Assembly (NCBI GenBank): GCA_001244265.2
Contig: CDLV01000010.1
Coordinates: forward strand, 1,426,001 to 1,490,000
DNA: 64,000 nucleotides
Reading direction: 5' to 3'
DNA from: Microbotryum violaceum
Taxonomy: Eukaryota
Made by a program: the position numbers and the translations under genes. Below are positions 34,127-47,849 of the stretch, piece by piece. The notes under the pieces are model-generated. The model made no database searches and was not told the DNA's origin. It saw nothing but the letters and a program-made list of their open reading frames with translations. Every line of letters begins with the position of its first letter. Positions within the stretch are counted from its first letter, which is position 1.

Positions 34127-36955
34127 TCATTCCTCACTTTTGACCTTCTTCATCGGGCTCTCCCTTTCTTCCGACCGATTATCCGCACCTGGCTCTACCT
34201 TGATCGACTCCTCCTCAGCCTTAACCCCTTCGCCCTCCTCCTGCATCTTTCTCTTCTTAGCCGCATTCACCGGGTCCAAAGGTGTCGCTTCCCGACTTGA
34301 AGTTTGGTGCGCTTCCTCAGCTCGTAACCTCGCCGCGTTCGTCGCAGCTTTCGCTTCGGCGTAACATGTCGCATGGTAAATCTACCATAAATCCCAATCC
34401 CACACAATCAGCAACGCCCTTCCACCTGCCCCAAAGTCGCACACACTCCAATCGAAAGCTCCTCTCCAACCCAAAAAAAAAACTCACCGTCCCCTCAACC
34501 TTGACCCCGTTCCAATAAACCCATTCCTCCTCCTCCTCACTCCATTCACTCTTGAACTTTTCCCTACAAATCCCACACCTCCTCTCATCCCCTCCACTAG
34601 GAGCGACGACCTTACTCTTCCTCAACAATTGTAAATCCAACTTGGCATCTTGAGAAGCTTTGAAATCTTTTCGACTTTGTTCAGTTCCACCTCCTCCTCC
34701 CCTAACGATCCCACCTCCACCACCTTTTTTAAAGTCCCTCATCGAATCTTGTTCATCATCATCCAAAGAATCAACGAACCAATCCTCTTCCAAACTCAAC
34801 CAACTCCTACCCTGAGTTCTTGAAACCGCTTCCCTTATCCTTCTCTTATTAATGAAATGCCAATCCAAATGTTCGTCCAATTTATTCTTCCCTTGAATCG
34901 AATCAAAAAACCTTAAACCGCATTGTTGACATTGAAGTCGAAAACGATCGTAGATGAATTCGAAAGAGATTTGGGAAGAAGTGGAACTTTTGAGTAGGGA
35001 AGAGGTCGTAAGGGGTAAAGAGAGGGAGAGGAGTGAATGATGATATTTTTCCGCCAAGGGGTCGACGGTTAGGAGGGAAGGTTGCGTATCGAGGTGAACT
35101 TTGGTCTCGGTTGAGCTTGGAGGTGGTGGGGGGGTCGCTCGTACGGAGGCGAGAAGGGAATTGAGCGATCCGTTCGCTTGCAGCGAATTGAGTAGAGATA
35201 AATCAATCCCTCTTATTGGAGTCGTTGATGATGAACTACCCATTGAAGGTGCCGATAAACCAGGTGGTACAGCCAGAGTGGAAGGTGTAGGATCCCGACT
35301 TTGATAACCCGTTGGGATCACCGTGGATTGATGAGCAGAAGGCGGTGGAGGAGTTCCCAAAACAGGAGGGGAAAGGCTTCTTGCCAATTGTTGCAGTTGG
35401 GCCAGGGAAGATGGGGCAAGCAGAGACTGTGGCGGCTGGGAAGAGGTGTCACGTTTGTGGGGGCGAGGTTCGACGGAGGTTTCTTTGGGTGCTAATGCGG
35501 CGAGTTGGCCACGGATTCGATCGACTTGGTCTGTTGTTAATTGGGTATTGAGGACGAGGTACTCCAACTTTGATCGCCGAGAAGAGGAAAAAAAAGTTAG
35601 TCTCTCTCCCGACAATCTCAATAACGGACGGTGGTGCGCACCTTTCTCAGCGCATCAATCTGACTCTGATTGACCTCGTCCGAAGGCTTTTGCGCCGCTT
35701 GGTCCAATCGAAGTTGCAACAGCCTTCTCAAATCAAACAAGATTCCCGAACGTTCCCCGTTCGAAGCCGTCGGTGTGATTTGCTGCATCTAATACGCGCA
35801 AAACTTTTTTCCGTTCAGATCACAAACTTTTGGCCCTTTCCTGGCCCCGCAAGAGAAATGCAACTCACCCCGGATTGAAACGATTCACTCTCTTGGACCG
35901 ATCTCCCATTCGCTCCCATACCGCCCCCTCTTCCGAACGTACCAAACAAAGCGGCCTCAATCACCCTCTGCACACTATCATGTTCGCCCTGGTCATGACC
36001 GCGGAACAACTCGCCGCCATCGGCGCCTCCCGTTCTCCAGGTACCTAAAAGTTCTTCCATCTTGACGCGCGTGGCTGGGTCCGATACGTGGTATGCGTCG
36101 ACGAAACCTCGTTTAATGAAGCGCGCGAAGAGGGCTAGGTAAGGGGGTCCGATGTTCTTCGAGATCGAGTCGAGGAGATAGAGAGCTGGGAGCTTGAAGG
36201 AGGGCGGGGACTGGTGGGGACGGAGATTGGCGGGTATGAGCGGCATGTTTTGAGATAGTGGTCAGTATGTTGTCCACATCTTGCGTGCGGTACAATGTTC
36301 CTCGGCACGGCGGTGCTGTGGCTCTCCCTCTTCTTGACGCGTTCCTTGGGGGCACGATTTGGGTATTCTATCGCGTAGACAGTTTTGTTCAGTAAGGTCG
36401 AAAGAATGTACTCACCACTTTGAGATGATCCTCCAAACAGGACGCCACGACGGGTGCCATCCTCACGAGATGCTCATGCGCGAACAGTGTCAGATTCGTA
36501 ATCAACGGTTTCGAATTGAAGCTCAGCGCTGCGAGCTGGGACTTGAAATAACGTCGGAACGCATTAGGGTCGGTCGAGACGTCGTGGGGTGGGGTGGGGA
36601 GAACACCTTGGGAAGTACTGGAGGATGGGGCCGGGTGGTGATGCGGTGGGACCGGCGCGGGGGCTCCGTAATGCATTGGCGGAGGTGGGTACGAGTTGGG
36701 TGGATAATACGCCATCGGTGCTTGATGAGCATATGGGTTCGGGTTCGAAGAAAGTGGATGATGTGCTCCTCCACCTCCTAAAGTAGCTGCCATAGCTGCC
36801 GCAGCAGCAGCTGCAGCTTGAGGTCCGTAATCGAACCGATGTTGACCCGGACCTGGAGGTCCTACACCGACGGTCGAGGCTGAGGGTGGATAACCACCGT
36901 ATGCTCCATTGTGATAAGGATCTTGATTAGGTCCCGGTGGTGGGTACCACGACAT
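34127..36955 (-). CDS. PCF11: mRNA cleavage/polyadenylation factor Pcf11
   Basis: CID domain (LAALSFNSKPLITNLTLFA; KLPALYLLDSISKNIGPPY); zinc motifs QCQQCGLRF...HLDWHF and CGICREKF...EEWVYWN...IYHATC. Confidence 0.95.
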
Positions 36956-37272
36956 CTTTTCAACTTTGGCTGACTTGCAATTCGACTCGGTGTGGTGGTC
37001 GTGGTGGGAAATGGTGGAGCCAAGAACGGGCGGCGTGTCAAGTGGAGCGCCGTTGCGATTCGCAAACAATTCACACTTGTAGCCGGGGCGGCACTTTCTG
37101 GGGCCCGATTTCGCACCATTAGGAAACCAACCCTTTTCCCCCCTTGCCGGGCCAAATCTGGGCCAATTTGTTTCCCAGCGCAAAAGGCGCGGCGACGCCC
37201 AAGGCGCGAATCGACTCGAGCTCATCCTTTACACTCCCCGTCCCCTCGTCATCCCATTACAGTCGGCCGCAT

Positions 37273-38005
37273 GTAAGTACACCGAACATCATTCGACTTG
37301 GATCAGCTTCGACTCGATTTCACGACCTATTCGACCTGGCTACTACTGCATCGACTTGGAAGGGAGGCACGGAGGAGGAACGGTCTAGGATGGGCCTGGG
37401 TTGAGCTGAGCTTGAGGCCGTCGTCGTGCAAGCGCGCGGGCGTGAGCGCATGAGCGCTGGGCTGGAGAGCTTTTTTTTGCGGGCGGCGGCGGCGCGGGCG
37501 TTGCGAGGAGGGCCACAGGCGAGGGGGGGCGGTGAGCGGGCCATGAGGCCGACGACCACCACGACGAATGTACTACGACCATGATCACCCTTCGACAATC
37601 ACCAAACGACACGATGGATAGAAATGGAGACGGGAAAGAATACCACGTGTTGTGCTGCAGCAGCTGGTGTGGACGGATCGTGGACGGGTGCGATGCGATG
37701 CGTGCTGCTGGCTCGTATGGCAGTCGGCCCATGTACTACACAGCCTACACCACTCTGTTTGCAGTACTACATGGAACGTTTTGATTTGGAGTCATCGCCC
37801 ACGAAAGCGCCTCGACCATCGCCTCCCACAGCTGTTGCAACGCTCGACGCCGGTCCAGCGCTGCCTACACACACAGCCACAGCTCGCACGACTGTGGCCC
37901 AGCCAGCGCTTCAACTCCGTACTCGACCCGGGCCAAGCAGCGCGCTGATTTCCACTCGCTTTCTCTCTCCCCACTCTCTTCCTCCACCCCTTTGTCCTCG
38001 AACAG
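37273..38005 (+). other. Probable long (733 nt) 5'-UTR intron of RPL9
   Basis: Consensus GTAAGT donor at 37273; GCTGAT branch, long pyrimidine tract and AACAG acceptor ending at 38005, 6 nt before the RPL9 ATG. Confidence 0.55.
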
Positions 38006-38011
38006 ATCGAA

Positions 38012-38890
38012 ATGAAGCAAATCTACAAGGAAGAGGAGCTCGTCATCCCGTACGTTGCATCTCATCGGACTCGGCTTTGAAGCACCACCGCACTAATCTC
38101 GGCATGATCCGACCGTTCAACAGCGAGGGAGTCAAGGTCGCCATCAAGGCCCGAATCATCACCGTCACCGGCCCCCGAGGAACACTCCAAAAGGTCAGTA
38201 CCACTCGTGATCGCCGCTCGAGACTTGGGAGCTGACACATGTGTCCACCTCGTGTCATCCTCCGCTGGACCCACGCTCGCCCCCGCGTACGCCAACACAC
38301 GTCGCCTACACCAACTCGAACGGAACAGAACTTGCAACATGTTGATATGTCGATGCGAGTGACCGTCCCCTCCGAAAGGGCCGTCAAGCCCCAGCACAAG
38401 GTCAAGCTGGTCGTCTGGCACGGTGGGCGCAAGCACGTCGCTTGTCTGCGAACGGTCCGATCCGCGATCGAGAACATGATCCAGGGTGTCCGCTACGGCT
38501 TTTTGTACAAGATGCGCCTCGTGTACGCCCATTTCCCCATTAACGCCATCATCAGCGCCGACAAAACTTCGGTCGAGATCCGCAACTTCCTCGGAGAGAA
38601 GGTCGGTCTTTCCGCGAAACAAAGCTTTCACCGCGCACGGCCCAGTCACTGATTCGCTTTATCCTCCTGCACAGATTGTCCGCAACATTCCCATGCTCGA
38701 AGGTGTGACGATTGAGGAGTCGAAGAACGTCAAGGACGAGCTGCTCTTGGCCGGTAACGACATTGACAAGGTCTCGCAATCCGCCGCGGCCATCCACGGA
38801 TCGTGCCTCGTCAAGAACAAGGATATCCGGAAGTTCTTGGATGGCATTTACGTGAGCGAAAAGACGTCGGTCGTCCAACCGGAGGATTAA
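38012..38890 (+). CDS. RPL9: 60S ribosomal protein L9 (uL6)
   Basis: [34 protein letters not shown]...[14 protein letters not shown]...[13 protein letters not shown]...[17 protein letters not shown]; three introns. Confidence 0.97.
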
Positions 38891-39492
38891 ATGAAGGGAT
38901 CGAGGGAAGGGGAGGAAAGAGATCCTAGGGACGGAGATGAGGAGAGCTCATGGGAATCCTTCAGAGGCGGGGACGGATTCAAAAGTGGTAGTTGCAAATC
39001 CCTTGCTTTCTGGAGTCGCTCTATCCTCTCGATACGAGAGGTCATGGCTTGTGCTCGTAACCTTTCTACTCGAGTCTTTTTTCGCCTCTTTTTTGGTCTT
39101 TTTTTCGATTTTACTTCTCTTGTTACTTGCAACGACGTTCATTTGTTTGGTACAAACACAACAAAGCAATTCCTGACCTGTGACCGGGACTGAACGCACG
39201 AATGGATCCTGGGTAGCAGAAAGAGGCGTCGTGCTACTTACTACGCATCGACTGCCAACCTGCTGCGGTAACGAGGAGCAAGTAAAGCGCTGAGCGAGGC
39301 TGAGCGCGGCCGATAGAGCTCGCGCGGCGCACGCTCGAGTCGACGGGAACGGGATCCGACGCGCGTTTGGCCCGTCGTCACGCTCAGTCACGCTTTTCAC
39401 GGACACGGGTCGAGGCCAACAACGTCCACGTCCACATCCAACGGGGTTTGGTTTCCTTTCGCGCTTCTCGAGTACAGTTTCGACAAGACTGA

Positions 39493-42009
39493 ATGGCGTC
39501 TACACCACTGGGGTTCGATGCCCAGGATGCACAAGCATTGGAGGAAGGTACTTTTATCAGACCTTTGAGTTCAACATCAAGATCGAGCACACCAAACGCG
39601 ACGACGACGACAACGACAACGACGGTGATCGCGGATCTTGACAGTCCTAGCGCAAATAACGGTAACGAGAACGTTATTCCACCATTCTCGAACCAAATCC
39701 ACATCCATCCTACACAAACTCTACCCACTCATCTACCACCTACGTACGGTTATTTCAATGGCATCGACACGGACATCAGAGAAGGGGGTGTTCGTTCCCT
39801 ACCGCACAAGAAATCCAACAGGGCTCTATCCGCAGCATCGATCGGTGCTTCATCGACCTCAACGTCCAACGCGAGTACGGGGGCAGGGGGTATGGAATGG
39901 GAGTCTTTCAAGATGAGGGCAGGGACGGTGTTGAGGCAATGGAAGAGGGTGTGGGATAGGGATGGGTTAGCTGGGTAGGTTTCGGGTCGTGCTGGGGTGC
40001 TCTTTCGTGAGCGGTGGTCACGGGGTTTGATCCAACCTTCGCGCAGTCCGATCCCGATCTCGATCGTGTCGTGTTCCCTGGGAACCCGCGTCGCGAAGCG
40101 ACAAGGCCGGTTTGCAAAATGGTTCTCCGTACTGATGTTTTTAGTTTCCCTCTACAGCGTTCAACAAAAATGGCGGCATACAGCCCTGCCTTCCCAGCTC
40201 GCACGCGCACCACCGCATCGACGAGCTCTAGCCCTCCTCGCGCTCGTCGTCATTCTCCTATTCCTCCTCTTCCTTCGAGGCAACTCCAACTCGGTAGGCA
40301 ACGAAAAAGCCCACGCCATTCTCCGAGATTCCGGTGTGAGCGGAGCCATCATTGATCGCACAACGGGTACTCATCGAAGTGCGAACAAGGCCAAGGTCCT
40401 GGAATCCTTCACGAATCCGTATGGGTTCATGAACTTGATAGATCCGTATGCGGGAGGGGTTTTTAACCCTTCGATCTTGGTCTTGCCTGATACGGTTGGC
40501 CATGATCGAAGATTCTTGTTCGTGGCGAGGGGACCGGAGAAGTATGAGGTCATTGATGGGGACGATACGAGGTGGGAGTATGTATTAGGGTCAGTCCTTC
40601 CACATCCTTGGGTTTGTAGGGGTTCAAGACCACGCGGAACTGATGTTCCTTCTACTGTAGGTGCTTTATGATTGTCCTGAAACGGGCCCACCTCAACCTT
40701 CCTTACCTCGCGAGGGAAACCGAGTTGGAAACGCTCAAACTGCCGGCAAAGCGGAAAGTCGAATACCTGCGATGCCATGACCCCATATTTGATCAGGTGA
40801 GCGGTTTGAAGTCAATTTCAAGAAAACCGATGACCCCGCAAGAGCAAAGAAAAGTACTGACCCTGGAGCGTTCGTCCCTTTCTGCAGTTCATTGGCCCCG
40901 AAGACCCTCGACTGTTCTTCACCAACGATGGACAACCGCTCCTCATCTACTCGCAAACGGGTCGATCGCCCAACATCTGTCGAGCCATTTACCTCATTGA
41001 CGCGAGGGTCGTCGTACCGGGGTTGAGCAAGGCCTTGAAGAAAGGGGGATGGAACGCTCCAATCGTGTTTTCGGAACAGACGGATTTGATTCGTGATAAC
41101 CAGTTCAATATCGAGAAGAATTGGGCCCCGTTCTTGGGGGAAAAGGATGAGGTGGGTGAACTTCCAATTCGATAATTTGAAAAGGGGGGCTGAACCGGAG
41201 CTCTTGTCGGGTCTGATTCCACCAGCTGCATTTCCACGTCTCGCTCGTACCTCAAGAAGTGTACAAATACGTCCCCGGGATGACATTACGAGCGCTGGAC
41301 CCGAACCCGCCGAAACACAACTGCTTGACGAGCATCGTGAATGCGCAAATGAACCGCGTCAAGTTCCATCATGCGACACCGTTGTTGAGAGCGACGTTGT
41401 GTCGTCGTGGGGAGTGCAAACCGGATATTCATAATACGGTCTTGTTTGGCATGATTCATGTCAAGTACCATCCCGAGGTGGGTCGAAGTGGGCAGAGTCT
41501 CGTTTCGAAGAGTACCGTTTGCTGAACTGTCGGCTTGCAATCACTTCAAATTAGCCCTACCTCTTCTACGAACGACGCATCGTAACATGGAACGTCACAG
41601 CTCCTTACAACTACTTGAGCGTATCCAAACCACTCACGTACAGTGGGACGAACCAGGCCGATCCGATCTTTACCGTCTCGATTGCATGTCAGTCTAAACT
41701 TCGAAGTGCGATTAACTACAAGTGAACGAGAATGCTGACTGAATTTGAGAAATCTGTACAGGGGATCATCCGTCCGATCGACATGGTCTCGGGCTGAATC
41801 ATGGCTTCCTTGACGATACAATTGTCACTTCTTTTGGAGTGGTGAGTTGCATGAAAAGTGATGATCCCCACGATACTGAATCTGAAATTATTTTTATGAT
41901 GTGCTAACAGGGCGATTACGGCTCCGCCTACATCGACATCCTCGCTCGTGACCTCTTGACCGACCATGAGATTTGCGAAGGGTTTGGCCAACATTCCTTA
42001 TTCGGTTAA
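39493..42009 (+). CDS. Type II membrane protein with a five-bladed beta-propeller glycan-enzyme domain (BMT/GT91- or GH130-like)
   Basis: TM ALALLALVVILLFLLFL; motifs VFNPSILVLP, GPEDPRLFF, IEKNWAPF; multi-exon, ending ...LLTDHEICEGFGQHSLFG*. Confidence 0.6.
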
Positions 42010-42556
42010 AGGAGCTTCACCTTTTTGATCAAAACGACGATGATGTTGGCTTGGGTTCTCTTGCTAGGTATACCCCACGTGTTTTTCACTTTATGACGTC
42101 TTACGCTCCATCTCTCTTCCTTTTGAACGTTCCTTTCTCAAAAGACACTGGTCTTTCTTCTCGGCTTCGTGACCCACCCCTGACGTTACCACCACCTCGT
42201 CCTTGTACACGCCTCTCCTCGCATTCTTCCGCCCAACGTTACTTACTGATCCCGATACGACCCTTCCCTTTGTTCGTGCCTTTCACCTTCATCTTACTTT
42301 AACACCTCTTCGTTGACCCCATCCGATAGAACGTATTGTACATCTTCCGCCTTGCAAATGACCACTTCTATCACGATCGATCCGGATCCCGAGTACTTCG
42401 AAGCTTACTACTCACGGCCGCAAAGGCGTGAATTTCCTTCCTACCGAGTCTTGCCACTCCTTACAAACTCGTCTCGGATCCAAAAGACATCACAAACACC
42501 GTACTGTCACTGATAAAGGGGTATAACATAGATTCATCCCCCCAATGCACTACACA

Positions 42557-45097
42557 CTACCCGGTATAATCCTTTTGCCCACCCTTGATATGCCACCAAA
42601 ACCTCTGCTTGATCGGTTCGCCGATCCAACTGATCCCCAATTTTTCCCAATCCTCTTCCGTCGGATCACCAATTCGGTCCTGGCGTAGGATTTGGAGGGT
42701 TCCCTGAAGTGAAGAACACAATAAGGATAAGTCTCCAGTGGAGTGAATGGTTGGGGGAGGGGGAGGCGAGGCGATAAGGGGTGAGTCTTACCAAGAAGGA
42801 ACTATGCATCCCACAATGCGGATTCGCTGCCCACAGTCTCTCCGACTGACCCAAGACCAACTTATCAAAAATTCCACTCGCCGTATCCGCCAAACCTTCA
42901 ATAATGTCTCGATCGTTCGGAGAAGGTTTGATATCGTTCCACGTCATGATCGACAAATGCGCCCCCTTTAATCGATCAACGAGGTTATCGAGCGCTTCTT
43001 TAGCTTGGAGTACTTTGTCCCAATTGAAGGAAGCGGATTTCGAATTCTTGCGTTGAGTTGTTAATGGCATGTCCGAGGCGATGTAGATCGTTTTCAAACC
43101 ACGTTGACGCATGCCTTCGATGACTGATTCAGCAAAAAGATTCGAACAGTTCTTGAGGACTGAGGGGGGCATCAGTTCCATACGCCATTGGACTCCGCCG
43201 TATTGCTCGGGGAGATGGGCTTGGGCTGTACGGAACATCTGTTGGACTTGGGAAGAGTAATTCCACTAAAAGTCGGAAGGTGATCAGCGACGGTCTCTCC
43301 TTACGAAGGCCGACCTAGAATTGATTGCGCACCTGAGGCCAAGCAGCACCAACCCAGAACCCCCATTCCTTCGGCCGAACTTGCAACAAGGGATCAGGGA
43401 AAGGTTTCGCATCGGCGATCCGAATGTCCGAGTAGTGATTAAAGTGAACGAAGAGCGTTGAGAGGTTATCGGTCTCGCGCAAATGTCGGACCATGTACGA
43501 GAGCGTCGTATCTTGATTTGTCGCGACGTAAATAGGTGGGTCCGAGATGTCGAAAGGTTCAGGGTCGACGCATGCATCCTCCAGTGTTGTGGCATCATCG
43601 GTTCCAATCGTCTCGGATAGAGCCTTGTGCGTATTGCGGAAGAAGATGACGCTGATTCTAAAAGAGCGAGGAAATGAGCTGGGGCAGCTCAGTGTGACGT
43701 TCCGTCGCGTGTCGCTCAGTAGCTTTCCGGACCTCACCTTGCGTTGAACTTTCTTTCCGAGTTGCGGATGTACTTGATCCATCTGGGATAAGTGATGGAC
43801 CATAAACCAACGCTGTTGGTCGATTCGGTCTCGTAGATCATGTCGAACGAGTACGGTCGACAGTTTCTGGTTGCGCAGCGGAAGAATACATGTCAACGAG
43901 GGGTTTTAGCATAGTTTCGGTTGCACAGATATTGCCTCACGAGACGGTAGGGATCTGCAAAGATACGTAACGAACAACAGGATTCAGCTACAGGGGCTTG
44001 TGTCTCGTTCGTGGGCGCGGCGCCCGCCCTCGACACTCACTCCAAAACCCCAATTCGGCAAAACCAGCGTACGATTCAGCGCCTTGGCCAAGTGCAACAA
44101 CTGACGAACGTGCATTTGGCTCCCCGTTTCCTGTAATGAAGAATCTCGAAAGTTCTAATACCTCAACGAATTAACTCTTTCCACTCGGATTGGAAGCTCA
44201 CCTGCTCGTTGCAAGCATACGTCGGGACGAGGAACCTCTCCCTCCAAGGATTATCCGATCGACTCAGTGCTCCATACCCTTCTATCGGCGGGTACAAAGG
44301 TTCCGAATACCCTTGATCATTATTCCCTCGTCCTATATCATCTTCGTGTAACTTCCACCCGTCCTCAATCTCCTGCACGTGCTTTTGGTTCAAAACCGGC
44401 TGACCCTCCGCTCTTAACCGTTCTTCTGTTTCCTCGACGACCAACCCGGGTCTCCAGCTCGCAGTGGCGTGTTTGTTCACGGACGCGTTGACCAGGATGG
44501 GGTTGGGACATGTTGGGCAGGGTGGGGGCCGTGGGGGACAGATTCGACTGGAATCGACGAAATGGGTTGCCGAGTCTTGAAGTTTCTTCAAGCCGGCGAC
44601 GAAGGGTTGCGCCAATTTGGATCGAGGATCGGATGGATCGTGTTGCGGTCTTATCACAGTCACAATAATCACAGTGAGTGTTGCAAGGAAGGTGGCCATC
44701 TGCGCGAAAAAGGTGCGGCCGTTTAGGAATTGACGGATAAGTCACCGAGCACGGTGAGGTCAGCCCCCAGCTTGGCGAAACGACCCGCCCAACCTGGCTC
44801 GACCACGGTCCACGGGACTCCGCGACTCACGATAGCCAAGCATCTGCACCTCCCTCGTTTCCTTCGGATGGGTAATAAGCTCGTATATAAAGTCTGCTGC
44901 AACGTTGAAGGTCGACGAGCCGATCTGCGACCGGTGGAGTCGTCGTCGTCGTCGTCGTCGTCGGGATGGTCCGTGTAAGCTCCCTGCGAGCCAGCACCCA
45001 GGCCCGAGCCACCCGCACGAACTGGAAGAGGTTCCATCAACAGACGGGTCGAGGATTCCCTCCTTGCCGAAATGGAGGGACGCGCGGTCACCGGCAT
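42557..45097 (-). CDS. Type II membrane O-fucosyltransferase-like (GT-B) protein
   Basis: TM segment; EQETGSQMHVRQLLHLAKALNRTLVLPN; YGGVQWRME; TIYIASDMP; GIFDKLV...CGMHSSF, motifs of the fungal O-FucT-like family. Start may instead be 45037. Confidence 0.7.
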
Positions 45098-45573
45098 CGC
45101 TGGATCGTAGTGGCGGTCGCTAACAAGGCTGAGCGACCGAGATGTGCTGTGGAGAGGGCGAGGAGGCCAAACCTCCCGGTGGGGCTCGGACTTGGGAGAA
45201 CTTGCGGTTTCTCAGAGCGGCTTCCGTCACGCCGATCCCTTGCTAAACTTCGGGCACTGCAAGGGATTCTCGGCTGGCGTCACAGGCCACCTTCGCGGCC
45301 AATATTTTCTGTGGCCATGTAGTATTGAGATTCGACTTATGAAAATCCCCACTTTACGATCGTCGGCGATGGCCAATCAAGTTTCAAATTTGCAGTAAGA
45401 CTTGGCCGAGACAGCGTTTGATATACGTGGCAGGCTCCAAAGTCCACCTGGTGCTGCGCGTGTGCGTTCGTGCGAGTGCGACGTAAGACAGCAAAACCAT
45501 GCAGTCCCCATTGCAACCCTATGCTTCACTAACACACTAAGCAAAGAACGCACAAACATCAATCCTCCGAAAT

Positions 45574-47303
45574 TTACAATTTGGCCTGGTTCTGTTCGGC
45601 CGCCTTAAGCGCGACTTGGAATCGCTGGATCGCGACTTTGCTCGACTGCATGAGCATCACCTCCTCGGACCCTCCCGGTATCGCAATGCCCTTGACGTCC
45701 CTTCGAACCCTCTCGATCCTCTCTCCGACACCCCCTCGGGTGATGCCGATCCCACCCAAGATCTGCACGGCTTCCCTCGCAACGATTTCCAAGACGAGCG
45801 AAGCATGCGCTTTCAGCATCGCCGTCGTACCACCCAGTTGGGCGTTCGCTTCGTCATGCGGCATTGTATCGACCGCGTACACGATCGACTCGATCCAGGT
45901 CTGCATCGCATCAACCTCCCTCGCCATGTGCGCAATCTTGAGGCGAATGACCTCGGACTCAATTAAAGCCTTGCCAAAGACTTTGCGCTTAATCGCATAG
46001 TTGATCGAATCCTCGAGGCAGACGCGAGCCAAACGGTGCGAGTTGTACACGATCATCAGACGTTCGTGGTTGAAGTTTTGCATGGCGAGCTTGAAGCCTT
46101 GATCCTTGGCACCGATCAGGTTCTCGACGGGTACCTTGACGTCCTCAAAGGTCAGGTAGGTCGTACCGGCGCACCATTGACCTGACATGAGCATCTTGCG
46201 ACGTGTGACACCGGGACCGTTAGGGATGAGCAAGAAGGAGATGCCGGCTTGTTGGCCCGCCTTGCCCGAGGTTCGGACGAGGGCCGTAAAGTAGTCGCTG
46301 TAAATTCCATTTGTGATCCACTTCTTGACACCGTTGACAATGAAGCTGTAAAGAATCCGTTCATCAGCACCTTAGCTTCCGGTGATGCGAACACCCTGGT
46401 TCCAGAGTTGCCACTCACTGCTTGCCGTCCGAGCTGAGTTTGGCGGAGGTGCTCAGATTCTTAACATCACTTCCGGCCTCAGGCTCCGTGATGGCGAGAC
46501 AGATGCGCTTCTTGCCTGAAAAGACGTCGGGCAAGATGCGATCCTGAAGCTCCTGAGATCCATAGTGGAAGACGGGGGGAAGACCAACTGCGCGCGGCGA
46601 GGGGAAGATGTGGGGTCAGACGATCTTAGCGTGATGATATCAACCGAGTCGGCAAACTCACTCTGCAGCCCACCCATGAGACCTTGCACCGCACCAAGCG
46701 ATCCGCAACGAAGCATCTCGTCAATGAGGATCGCATCATGGAAGCCATCCCATTGCTCGACCTTGATGCCGCCAAAGACTGTGGTAACGATCGTCCGGGA
46801 GGAGTCCGATCAGCTTAAAGTGAGCTTTGAATCGTTCAGAGACGACGATGCCCCACCTTCTCCCTTTGCATTGGCCCACTTCTTGGGGATCTTGGTACCA
46901 AAGGCCAAGCACACGAGCAAGCCATCCTTGGCGAGTTGCTGATAAACGCTATGATCGATCTCGCGGTTCTCCTCCCATTCGAAACCGACGTCCATGAGGT
47001 GTTCCTCCGTCCATGCTCGAGCGGCGAGGCGCAGCTTCTCGTGCGACTCGTTGTAGTAGGGACTAGGAATCTGGTAAGGGAGAGGGGAAAGAGTGAATAC
47101 GTGATCGCCGCCCGTCGTTCATCCGGCGAGCTGTTGTGAGGTGGGGATGAAATGTGGAGCCGCGCGCCCCGACCGAGGCGCCGTTCGAAGTCGCGGAGGT
47201 TGGCGGCCGTAGCAACGAATGGACGTACCCCTCTGACCCATTGGTTCTCGGTGTACGGTGTTAAGGAGCCACGAGGCTGTCGAAGGATAGAAGTGGATGA
47301 CAT
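45574..47303 (-). CDS. Acyl-CoA dehydrogenase
   Basis: KKRICLAITEPEAGSDV; IVNGVKKWITNG; TTYLTFEDVKVPVENLIG; NFNHERL; RKVFGK; AVQILGGIG; IPGGSEEVM. The protein ends in -AKL, a PTS1-like signal. Confidence 0.95.
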
Positions 47304-47849
47304 GTTTGCTAGATGTCAATGTGGGTAAGGATGGACGGAGTGCAGAGAAAGACCAACGCGCCGGGGCCCGGCTATGATGATCGTTCTCGGCAAAGGACCG
47401 TGATTGCGAGTTACGCTTAGGCCGAATGAGCCGAGGCGTCTCATGAGGTTATGCCGGGGGACCGAGCCCCCGCCGGGCCGGATCATCGGATCTTCCTAAT
47501 AATAAGTCGGCGGGATCACGTCGGCGGTCGTAAAGAACTTCAAACCAAAACAGAAAAAAGTCCAACTTGCAGGCTCTGGGTAAGCACGGGAACTTGAAAC
47601 ACGAGACAACCCCAAGTGCTACTAGGTATCGTGACACGACCCGGCTCGCAGACCCGGGAAAGCGGTGCGTCTTTTCGAAACGCCTCGCCAGGCCTCGCGC
47701 GTCTTAGGCGCAAGGGTAGCGCCGTACCATGGCGATGGAAATTCCATGGGCTGCCACTCCGCTGTTACTCCGCTGTCCCGCAGCAATGTGCTCCTGTCCC
47801 AGCCTCGCCAGGCGCGCCTCTTTCTGGGCTTAGGCCTTTCCACTGCAGG

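Noticed and set aside
36956-37225. Long N-terminal extension of PCF11 in the ORF track (also 48630..49004 for PIG-U)
   Set aside because: These are promoter/UTR-like sequences without recognisable homology; the downstream ATGs (36955, 49005) fit better.
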